Assembly (NCBI GenBank): GCA_002633005.1 | Contig: NMRA01000868.1 | Coordinates: forward strand, 1-64,000 | DNA: 64,000 nt | From: Phoronis australis | Taxonomy: Eukaryota; Animalia; Phoronida | Reading direction: 5' to 3' | Part shown: piece by piece, positions 29,001 through 41,000 of the stretch | Numbering within the stretch: the stretch's first letter is position 1 | Layout: the number at the start of each line of letters is the position of its first letter | Translations under genes and position numbers: made by a program | The notes under the pieces: model-generated | Seen by the model: only the letters and a program-made list of their open reading frames with translations | What the model was told of the DNA's origin: nothing | Database searches by the model: none

Positions 29001-32000
29001 TGAATCGAAGCAGCCCTGGAATTTCTAGCCCGGAGTGTCATACCGTATAGTATTATATGTAGAGTATTGGGGACGATCAGAAACTGATGATGCCTGTGGG
29101 CGAACCAAGTTTCGAAGTACGTAGTATTTGCACCAATGTAAAATGCCATACAACAGCTACGTTTCGTACTAAACCTGACAGCGGAAAACTTCCCGAACTC
29201 TTTGGTGTAAAAACATATTGATTTTTCACGTAAAATGTCTTAATTATCCACTAAAAATATACCCGAAAATAAATCACTGCGGCACTGGTCTGTACCATTG
29301 TATACGATCGTGACTCAGAAATGTCGTCCTTCGATGCTGTTTGTGAATGTAGATTTCGTTTTTATCGCCAAAAACAAACGTGAATATGACAACCCTTGTC
29401 TGATACTTGCCAAACGATTGTCAAAACTTGCATTGCATCAGAGTAACCGTAAGTCGGTAAGATATTCTCAAGACCTCGTTTTTAGGACAGCGCGCAACAT
29501 ATGTATGAGTCATCATTCACTCACATGTTACTATCAACGTATCGAGTGCTCCAGCGGGGCACATCTCCCAAGTCGCACATGAAAATAAAATAGTGTACCG
29601 GCTTGGCTCTATTAAGAGACCTGAGCGTGTTTCGGGATTTTATTAAGAACTTTAAAAGCATAAAAGATGCTTACTGGCATTCACATCTTATTAAATAGTG
29701 CACAGTATTTTTCTTTGAAAAAAATAGTTCCGTAAAGCCCCACTGCGAGCGCTGTTTTTCGTTACGTCACTGAGGCTGCACAGCGCAAAGAGATATGGTT
29801 CAATGGCCGTGCGATTATATATTCCAGTCGACGGATCAACTTGTTCATACTCGAAACCTTTTTTATTGTTTTCCCTGTGACGTTCATTTATACCGGGGCC
29901 TAGCGAGCCAGCTAGCTGTATGAAGACTATCGTCTAAATACAGCTAGATACATGTACGAGTAGCACTGTGTGTTGAGCTCCGTTAGATTGCAAAATTGCA
30001 CATAGCCCGGGTAGTTCTGCTCGTCCCGACGTCGCGAAACTTTCAACATATACATGTAGAGATGTAAACTGGTAGGGGAGCGTGCAAATAATTGGGTGTC
30101 AGCCGACCTTCACTGTACCCACTGGAGCCATTTAAAAGTGACAATTTTATAAACATTTTTTCTCAGCCTTTTGTTACAAAGAAAACGGTAAATTTTTCGT
30201 CATCTCTCGTGAGATTGTGACAGCTTCGCAGGATCAAAATTTGTTCTGATATTCAGTTTTCTGGTATTAAAAAACTAAAATCTTAAAATGAAACGAAATC
30301 AGCTCTTTTGGTTTGTTGAGTAATGTACGCAACTGCGAAGAACAGGTCGATCGCTTGTTGTTCTTGGAAGAAGAACTCGGGGAACGAAACTGGCCAATAA
30401 GGCAACAGTTGACGGCGCTGAAAGTCAACCTGAAAGAGCGCACCCCAATAGCAAATGTGAAAATCTCAATGCACATACGGCACACCAGTTCCTCTCTATT
30501 CAAGCTGATTATGAGCATATTGTCACCCGGTTGAACACAGTCACAGTCGACGGAGGTGGGGTGCGGCAACGGTGAATTTATTCATTCCCAAAACATTTAT
30601 ATAATGGAAAACAGTTGCATGTTTCCTGCACTAATTGTTTGTCTAATATTAATTTTATGATAAGAGATCAAATATAATAACTTTATTGACCTCTTCTGTG
30701 CTAAACATTCGTTACAACAACACCCGGCAACACTGTACACAATCGGTTGTCAAGGGGTAGACGTTCATTTCTCATAATGCAACTGCGGCGGCAAATTCAA
30801 ATATGGAGGATTCGCCCATTCGCTATTGTAGCAGCTGAGTGAACGGTAGAACGTCAAAATGTTTTCAACACCGGTGAATAATTTAGTATACTCAAGGAAG
30901 AGTGTAGATTTTCGTGACACTAATTTTATGTAAGATTTTATTTGAACAGTTTTTACCCACGTCAGCGCAACGGCTGTATAGTTAGTATTCAGCTTTGCAG
31001 CAGGGAAAGGCTACGCAGTAGGGGACCCAGCCTTGCCTAGGATGCAGAACGCCATCTTTCCACTAACAGTCATCACGGTATCGCGGCAATAGTCTGATAC
31101 AACTTGCCTGTATTTTGAGAATCAGTTTATGCCCGTTATTTGGTGGAGAAAACTGATTCTCAAAATTCGGGCACGTTATATCAGATCATTTCCCTGCACG
31201 GCGGTAAATTTTTAATAATGAAGTTTTGAGAGCCGATATCACGCACGAGTAATGCACATTAAGCACACTTCTGTATCCGAGAGGCATTCACCTAATGAGC
31301 TATATACTGTACATACATGTAATAAGCTTAGTTTATCTCATTGTCTTCCATGACGGTACAGCCTCAATGACGTCAGACGCGCGATAGCCAATAAGAATTA
31401 ACATTGGAATAACACGTTTTCACAAAAATGCGAAAGAATAACAAAGATGTGATATCTGATATAGACTTCATTCATAAACTAACTTACACTAAAAATGCAT
31501 GTTTTTGTACGTCAGGAACCTTTTAAGCGCTTGACTTGAGTGTTGCATAAGTAGCTACTCGAATGCACGTGACCATTAGATGATCGCCGATTTAAGTTTT
31601 AAGATTTAAGCCTTGACACATTTTTGAACTGACTCTTTGTTCATACAAACTCCCGCATTTGAATGCCGCGCAGTACGGATTGGGGTAAACTTTGGAGGAA
31701 CGTACTGGAAAAAGTGTGCAGTCAGAATGTCGATGAGTTGTGCTATGAAGGGGACGGCGTATGTTTCCCTCACTTCAAACTATAAAATGCCTTATGCAAT
31801 AGTCTTTCACATCGAACGATAGTTGAAATATGGCAACCTATTCGTTACGCTAACTTTGTCTGTCCTTTTTATTCGTTGATATTTTGTTCCCACCAGAATC
31901 GTTTCGACTCTCCTGCGGGTCTCAGTTATTGGCGTACAGCTAGTTGCGTTGGCTACGTGATAGGTTTCGTACGCCTTCTGTAAATTGCCTATCTCGTCAA

Positions 32001-35000
32001 ATGAAGAACGATAGTGATGTTAATTACGATTTTCTGTGTCAAGGCGGTGACATAATTGTTGTTTTAGATTTTTCTGTCGTTTTGTGTTTTATATTTTGCC
32101 TGTACCTTCCTGACGGTCTGGTATGCTGTTGTTTTTGTCGTTCTCAAACATTTAAAGTGCAAACCGGCGAGTTGACCTGCTTACACGTATATATTGTTGA
32201 GTTAGAATCTAATCCAATGCATGCTATTCGCGTGGCAAGTTAAACACGAGTGACGTCCGACACGATGTCAAAGCGTATGCTCATAAAATTATATGTTTCT
32301 CCGCAGAAATCATGGTGAAGCCAAGAAAGAAACTTTGTGGAAATAACTAAAACATGTGGAATTTCACGGGATAATTTTGCTACATAATTTTTCAATTTTC
32401 GACAGCTAGAAATAATGTCATATTAGCAATTACGTTGATTGATTATACATGTATGTTTTACTCGCCAACAGCAAACATCGCTTTCGAAACGCTCCGTAGC
32501 GTGTTCCGTCACAATTGGCCGGTTTTCCCCTTCAGTTTCACTATAATCGGATCCCTCTGGTTCGAACATGTACGGCGCTAATCCATCCAAAAGTTGTTTC
32601 TACATTTTCTGACTCTTCCATTTCGTCGTACATTTCATTGATTTCTTACACTGTAACGTCCGTCCATTGCAAGGTGTTATGTTTTACTGAGCCAAGTGCG
32701 AAAAATCTTGGGCTATTCGTTTTTATCATGCTACGCGCTACTGACTTCGACGAGGCTAGGATATTGTATGCAATTGGAATGGTCGAGACATGTGTCGTAG
32801 AATTTTAATTTTGTTGTCTATATTAGATGTAATTACATTTATGAAATTCTGTGATTTGAACTTGGCCCTCATCACAGTAAAGTAAGTTACCTGTAGCAAC
32901 GGACTATACATGTACATCTCGGATCACGAAGATGATGTCATTTGCGTCTATTAGTACAAGCGCCACGTAAAGTTTTTCCGGCGCTAAATGGAGTTCCTGG
33001 TACGATCATAATTGGCGTAATTAGTTAGTGTCAGGAGTAAAGGAAGGGATGATATGTTTGTGTTGATCAGCGATACATATTTTAACATGTTCAAAAGTCA
33101 TTTGGCGTTGTACGGCGTCTTTAATTTCAGGAAACAAAGAGAAAAATATAAGAGACACTTGTTGAGGCCACAGGCGTATTCAGCTTCTGATCGTCCCCAG
33201 ACACAATAATACAACTTATGACACTCGGGACAAGAAATTCCACGAGTGCTTCATTTCAGCCGTCCATATCAAACACAAATTTCCATAAATTTACATAAAA
33301 CAGGATTTCAATAAATCATTAGCAATTGTTCTTTCTTCTAATGCCATTCACGGTGTCCTGCTACAGCGAAAATGTAACAAATTCGCGGACAAAGCATAAA
33401 AATGTTCCGAAAAAGCCTACGCATCAGTCTTCATTTGGCGTGTCGAGGTCAAGGACGGTACGGAATTATCCGATGAGTTACGGATGGACGGCATTTGCCA
33501 GTTCATCACGGAAGGTTAAGGTATGGTCAAAGACGATAACAAGACTATTCACCAAGGCCGCCGCCAGTATTGTTTCATGGACCGTGGCAACACCTAGGGG
33601 TGTTTATGTGGGCCGACAAAGTACGAAAGGCATTGACTATGGCCGATCATAGTTTGTCAAATTCAAAATTGTCAGTGAAGTGTCTTTGTTTAAAATATTG
33701 AAATCAAAAAAACACGACAACTGTAATGGAAAAATACACACAGGCAAAATATAGAATAAACCAACAAAACACTTGGGCAGCAAAGGTAATATAAATTACG
33801 AGAAATACATCATAAGCAAGAGGGACACTTAATAATACCGGTAAGAGCTGAGCAGATGAAAGTATGTTATTGGAAAATGGGCAGGTACCAAACCTGTAGG
33901 ATTTTGTCCAGGGGGCTCAGGAATGTAATAAACATCAAATGGATCAGCTGAGGAAGAGATAGAAGCGGGGGTGCCTCTCAATCAATTGAAAGGTTGGGGG
34001 CTGAGATAGCTTTCTTCCCCCAATATTCCGGGTGTTAATATCAATTAATTAACAATTAATTATGTAAGCTTTCAACACGCAAACTTCGTTTTAAAATAAA
34101 ATGGAAAAATTAGTAGATCTTTCCTTCGAAAATTCACATCTTAAAGACGGACTAGATTCAAGAAGTTGTGTCTGTGCCCATTTACATGAAACTATCCCAA
34201 ATATCGACCCAACAGGGTCATATCCAGGATTTTTAAAGGGGGGGTCGGACAATGATTTTTAAGAAAGGTGGCCCAGGTCAACAATTTGAAAATTCTATCA
34301 TTGATATCACTACAATCAAGGAAAATGGGGGGTCCAGACCCCTTTGAACCCCCACCCTGGATCCTCCTGTACTCAACTGAGTTGGTAAATCTTTTAGGCA
34401 ATTTTTTGTTCTCTGCTCAGTTTTTATATTTTTCTATCATGTAATCTTGATTATGAGTTTCTCTTCTTGACCTATGCCATTTGTCATGAATTCTCATAAA
34501 TTCTCATGTAGTTAATTCAGTGCAAATTTCATCATTTCCTATGACGTACAACTATCTCAACAAAACAGATTATGTTATATAACAATTTCGGACATCTTGT
34601 GTTGTTGTTTACTATGTCACTGACCAGTGCCCACTCATAGTGAAACCCTATAGGCCAAACAGCTGTCCAGACTCCATTCATGTTTATGAGTGGATGAAAT
34701 CACCGGAACTCTCAATATTGTTGTTGTTTCGCACTCAAAACCACACATATTTCAATTCACTATATATGTTGTAGCTAGAGTTAATAAACTTTGTTTGTCA
34801 GTAGAAACTCAACGACGGTGTTAGTATTTATGCTGCTCTCCATCGACTTGCTGTTGCTACCTTGTTAGCCAACTATCTATCGTTCAACCAAGAACCGGGT
34901 GACCCAACTATACTACCAAGACCATCCCCACACTAGTGGAATCCGTGTCTCTACATTGCTGAGATCTCCAACGTTTTATAATAGTATAATTAAAAACTGA

Positions 35001-38000
35001 ACTCTTAATTTAATCAAAACATTTAGGGACTTGGTCCTTAAATTAGGCGCATTGCATGAAAAGATCCCTACATATTTTCAATCTTATGGAGAATACAACG
35101 TAGAAAACTCCCAAAAACGAAATAGTTTTAGGGAACAGTGAAGTGACTATTTGGGATTGAATCATTGGACCCCAAGCATCCGTACCCGATGGTATCTGAA
35201 ATGAGTAGCGAATTGGGGTGGGTTGTGGTAAATGAAACTGGAGGCAAGAGGGGTAGGGGCTCCAAGTCCAGTAAACCTGTCTTGTATGCACCCATAAAAC
35301 AGCCAAGATTCCTATTGAATACGCAAACCATTTCGGGTAGTTTTTTCGAAGCTTTCCAGCTCTAGTAAATCACATTTTTAAATCAACTATCAGCAGGTAG
35401 TTAAAGGCATATTCAGCCTGCGTTCGCAGGCCAACTTCAAGGTAAATAACATAACGATGCCTTATTTCCTGACTTGATGTTTTAAGACCCATTTCAAAAC
35501 AAAAATCTAAACAAACGACATCGTCACTGGAGTGTAATAAGTTTCCAAGGTACATGTACTAAAAATACTATGGAAGTGATCAATGAGCCTTTAAAAGAAC
35601 ACTTCCATCACCACTTCCTGTGGCAAATATTCAAGTAGGTTTCCAAACCACAAAAGTAATACTTATTATGCACATGATCATATTATATAGATTACTGATC
35701 TACGACGGCCAGGATGCTGACTGTATGGGATCACAAGCAATAATTTAAATAAGTAATAACAAATAAACAAAAATTAAATGATAATAACAAATAATCAAGA
35801 ATAGATATAAAAACAAATATATGATAAAACACAATGAAATTAGTAAATAATAGTTAATGTAATTATCTTTTAGATCTGAATGTATTAAGACTGCAGAACA
35901 AAATGAAAAAGAGTAATTAGAAGCATCAATGGGCATAGAATAAACTAATCAGTAGTTCCCAAAATCATGCAAACAATTCATGATAATTTTCTATATCAGC
36001 AATCAAATGCAGGAAACAGTAAAGGCATTAAGTTCAAATCACCCAGTCCATCACTGAATGACCAGCAACACTTTCGCTCATAAATATTCTCTGTTTCAAT
36101 CATGAACATCACCTATAGTATCTTAATCATTGAAGAAGCAAGAAAGCATAAGTCACGAATATTCAGTTAACTGTTGCTGCAGCCGTAAGCAGTGGCAAAA
36201 AGCAACATTGCCTTTTTACTGACGGGAGCCGTGATATCTTGCCATATTTGTTTATTGCACCCACAATCGGTAGACGTCTCTACGGTCCATGAAAAAATTA
36301 TGTCCGCCAATGGCCGTGCAATGGGATTTTGCTGGGTGGACTGTCTCCCTATCTACACTGTACGGTCTCTGGTGGTAGCACCAAAGATGCTGCAGTTACT
36401 GGCGCAATGCCTAATCCAACAGCACCACTGACAATCCCCTCTAAAGTCACAGGCACAATAGGGACCGCTGGGTGCAGACTTTTCGGCATCCCCGCTTGAC
36501 TTACTTTCTCATGCAATTCAACAACATTCTGAAATGAATGAATACAAAAATACATTTAAGGTATCTACACATATTAACTGCCTACAACTGTCTACTTGTC
36601 CACTCCCACATTTTTAACAAACAGCCTGGAACAAGACTCATCCTCTGATTTTCAGCATATTTTTTAGTAAAAGGTTTTTAAAAATCCCAAGTACGTGTAT
36701 GTTAAACCAAACAACTATTTAAAATACAATTTCAAGAAACTTGACATGTTTCGGTGTCATTTATTAAACACCATCCTCAGAAGTCATAATACACCTAGCT
36801 AGGCCCAGCAACAAGTAATGAAGCACAGATACAGTCAGTTACAGGGAGTGACAATGAACTAGACCAACAATGACAACCTGTGGTCAGTTGCCTATTGAGA
36901 TTGGGCTTGCACCAACTGATATAAGCTCCTTTGTTGTTACTGCCTGGTCTATTATTGCAAAGTCATTGAAAGAGCACTGCTGATAACAATGATTGGAGCT
37001 CTGTAGGTGAATATTTACATGTGAATTACTGTCAGAATTTAGATGTTCCTTGGTCCTGGTTTTCAAATGGCAAACAGATTCGCCTATATAACTGGAGCCA
37101 CATCCAGCACAGATAAATTTGTATATTACCTTGGACCGTAGACCCATAGAAATTTTGTCCTTATTATTATGACTTCTGAGGGTGGTGTTTAATAAATGAC
37201 ACCATAACATGTCAAGTTTTAAAACCGTAGTTATTTTCTTGAATTTATGCTGCTACTTGCTATCATGGAGAAAAATACAATTTCAGATCAACAAAGGTAT
37301 ACAGTACATCCAAGTCATGAAATCAAAAACAACAGAGTCCGCGTTTTTCTAACTACATGTATAGTAAGTAGAGAGGTTAGCTTCAGGTAGCAATACAATT
37401 GATATAACACCATAGTCCGCTTTTTATAAATATAATAAGTAGAGAGGTTAGCTTCAGGAAGCAATGCAACAGGTACATGTATAACAAAACCATCAGTCGT
37501 GGAGGATGAAACTGTGGTCATTATCAATCATACCCTATTACCTCACCTAAAAGCTTTACTAAAGCACCACTGTAGGGTGCTCGGCAGATGGAGGTGATTC
37601 ACTGGGCTCAATCGTGGCGTAGCTGTGATCTATTGGCTGAAAAAGTATCATTTTCAGTATAAAAAATACAACGTGCAGGAAAAACATGTGGCATCAGCAA
37701 TATTGTTTATCAAGGGGCACTCACTCGTTCCCATTAATGCAGCTAAGTAATCACCCTTCGGAGTAATGTTGTTTTGGAATAACGCCTAATTGATATATTT
37801 TTCAAGTAGGGTAATGACCCTTCGGACTATAGGTCCTTCAAAATACAATGAAGGGCCATCACAGTAAAGACCTAAACCCATACTAGTCTACTGGACTAAG
37901 TTAACATCACAGCATTTCTCCTTAGCAGATCTGAATGTATAGACAATGAAGTGATTTGAAGAAATGAAAGAAATTGCAGTTTAGATCCAATCATAGAATA

Positions 38001-41000
38001 GAAACGTAAGTTATCAGTAGGCCCTAAATCATGAAACACATGTAGGACAATTTCGGTTATATAAAACCTTGAAACTTAAAGGTAAAACAAGTTCAAATCA
38101 CTCTGCCAGCATCAATGGTTGACTGGCAGCATTTTCACAAAAAATAATTCCTTGTATCCCTCGTATATCTCACCTGTCTTAATCTGTGGGGAAGCGAAAG
38201 AAGTGCAAGTCCCGATTTTTCAACTGACTGTTCTGCAGCACAAAAAGTTCCTCTGATCCTCTTTTTAGGGACTGCAGCCGCCATCTCTTGTTTTGAAGTT
38301 ACTTGACGCAGCATTACCCTAAGAAGTATTAACTATGGGAAATCTATATGAACTACATGATCAGATAAAATTTCTTGTCTATGTGACCACTGGCCACGAA
38401 TATCGGCCATATTACTTTTTTCGCACAAGCACCCGCTAGACGTCTCTACGGTCCATGAAACAACAATGGCCGCCAGTGGCCGACCAATAGGATTTCGCTA
38501 AGTGAAACGTCTCCCTCTCTACGGTCTCTGATATGGTGTGGAGTAATCGATGTCGTGGCACTCCGTGACAAATCGGCAATTGCCGTACCGTCCTTGACCT
38601 CAAACGGACAAAGGAGGACTGATGCGTGAGCATTTTGGGAACATTTTTGTGCTTTGACCGCGAATTTGTTGCAATCTCGCTGGAGCAGGACACCGTGAAT
38701 GGTATTGGAAGAAAGACCAATTACTAATGGTTTCTTGAATCCCTGTTTTGCGTTTGATATGGACGGATGAAGTGAAGCACCCGTGAAATTTGTTGTCCCG
38801 AGTGTCATACCTTGTAGTATTATATATGTATTGGGGACGATCAGAAGCTGAGGACGCCTGAAGTTGAGGCATGGATTGCCCAGTTTCAACATTTTTCTTC
38901 AGTTTAGAAGGTAACTCCAAACCTAAAGCACCGTTTTGGTTATAACAAACATTACCTTTACTGGGACATATAGGAATGTGACAATGTGCCTTTGACCAGA
39001 CACGGGATCGGGAGTCGGCAAAGCACCACGGTCCATTTTCGTCGTTGTCGATGTTTCTGCAGTACGTGGTATTTTTATCTTGTGGTCTCATCTTGTCGTA
39101 ACCGATGACCCATTTACGAAAAAATCCGAAGCTCTCATACGACGTCACTCTCTTGACATCTGCAATTATTTCTGACCACTGCAAGCACGGTTCTTGGAAC
39201 AGTGCAGAAACTGCTACCCTTCCTCTGTAGGTTAGGCCGCGTTGGTCTTTCAGACAAGTTATGTCCACGACTGAAGCATTGAAGGAGTTATACGATCATC
39301 CATGGGCGGCGCACCATAGGGTGTTGGGAGGTGGGGCTATAGCCACTTTTTCCAGTGCTACGTCGCGCTCATGGTCTATGGGCGATGCACCACAGGGGGC
39401 TGAGGGGAATTTAGCCCCCCATTTTCAGTGCTGCGAGGCCCATATCATCACATTTATCCACGCAAAACGTAATAAGATAGCAGCAAACACTAGCCTATTT
39501 ACATTGGCACGGCATATAGATCATTTCTACGTCTATCTTCAGGTTTCATAGTATCCGAAGAAGAACGATTACCGGAATCTGCTTCACCAATGTTGGACAC
39601 TTCGATTGCATATCCTGGTGCACTGTGGCGTTTGAAACTAATACATTTTGGTTTTCAGTCCAGCACTACAACCACGAAGTCACTGAGTAAGTCATTACTT
39701 TCGAGGAAATTTGTTATAAAAATACACAAATCTGGAGACAATGATACACAGGTGGCCATCAATAATTAAGCGGGTATCTGTGGTTATAATTTTAAAGAAG
39801 AAGTTGCATGCAACAGGAGATAAACGTCCATGCTATTAGAACATCATTTACGCTAATACAGAGTGGATTCCCTGACAACTAGTAAATGGGGTAGCAAACA
39901 TGAGTGGTGCCCACTTGCTCGTGCCTCGGTGAGAATACGCGTGACGGTCTGCACCGTTTTTTTTCAGTTTTCAGCCACACCGTAAGACTGAGGTACTTTG
40001 GAGAAGAAGTTTTATGGAGGAAGTTCCAACTTGTGGCAAATTTGGAAACTCATATGCCGAATATTGGAGGCCGTTTTCTGATATTACATTCCGGAATAGG
40101 GTGTTTAGCGAAAAACCGTTTCAGCTTCCCAATAACCGAAGCAGCACCAGTTGTTGCGAGTTCGCAAATTTCAAAAATTCTACTGACGTAGTCGACAACA
40201 TCGACGAACTGCCTGTCACTCCACTGAAGTCGGTGGCCACAACTTGCCAAGGGTACTCGGGAAAGGGATGAGGCATCAAGGGATCCTTGCTTTCGAGTTG
40301 CGGTGTTCGTTACACACCGAAAACATCTGAATCATTGTCGCAATATCGCTAGAAGTCTTTGGCCGGAACACAATGTCGCGAGTGTGACTGCACGTCTTAT
40401 CCAAGCCGATACATGTATGTGGACAGCCTTTTAGATATGCTTACGGAGGTCTCTCGTTTACAGGGTCCTTTGTCCTTTCACTATAAGACCGTCAATGACT
40501 GAGAGTTTGTCTCGGAAATTCCAGTGTTCTTGTGTGGATGGATCACACAGGCAAGGCTGACATGGTCATACGGTAAATATGACGTCACGCAGGGCGCGCA
40601 TATGCGGATCAACCTCAATCGAATTATTGATTGCCTGCAACTTTGCATCGCTGACAGGTATGCTTAACATGAGTGAATGAACGTGTATATCAACATTATG
40701 AGGTAGCTCTGGGAGAGTCTTAGACACAAATTTTCGCGACAAGGTGTCGGCAACAGAAATTTCTTTCCTGCCACATGCGTTACTTCAAGGATGTAAAACT
40801 TTCGACCTTAATTATGCGGCCATCTCTTCGTCTATTCGGGCGTACGTGACCTCGGTTGTTGTCAATGATTTTGACCCATATGCGACAGCTTGGCCCTGTT
40901 GCAGTGGGGCAGCACTCAGGCCGTATTTGGATGCATCGCAATTTAACGTAATTGGTTCCTGTGCCCCCGACCTCTAACTTAAAATCCTGGATCCGATCTG

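Larger units (their letters stand above)
33169..38862 (-). mobile_element. 5.7-kb P-element-like transposon (degenerate) with nested insertions
   Basis: Same TIR family as 28428-29098, arms ~480 bp, perfect 8-bp TSD GTTGAGGC at 33161-33168 and 38863-38870, THAP exon remnant just inside the right arm. Confidence 0.85.

Noticed and set aside
29084-29106. CTGATGA-TGCC-TGTG-GGC-GAAC hammerhead-like string
   Set aside because: Formed by chance from the TIR end plus TSD; GAAC instead of GAAA and no stems I or III.
31893-31930. Minus-strand CTGAGAC...GTCGAAAC hammerhead-like motif
   Set aside because: The core lacks the full CUGANGA; at most a dead remnant.
34482-34973. Second LTR as the 3' LTR of a giant BEL element that captured two kringle exons
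   Set aside because: No polypurine tract precedes it, no shared TSD with 11843, and it is nested inside a separately TSD-bounded P-like element.
38436-38955. C-terminal extension of the 222-aa kringle ORF and overlapping ORFs
   Set aside because: Read-through past the donor at 38956 into the P-like TIR; similar peptides recur at 3960-4364 and 33326-33652 only because the repeat recurs.
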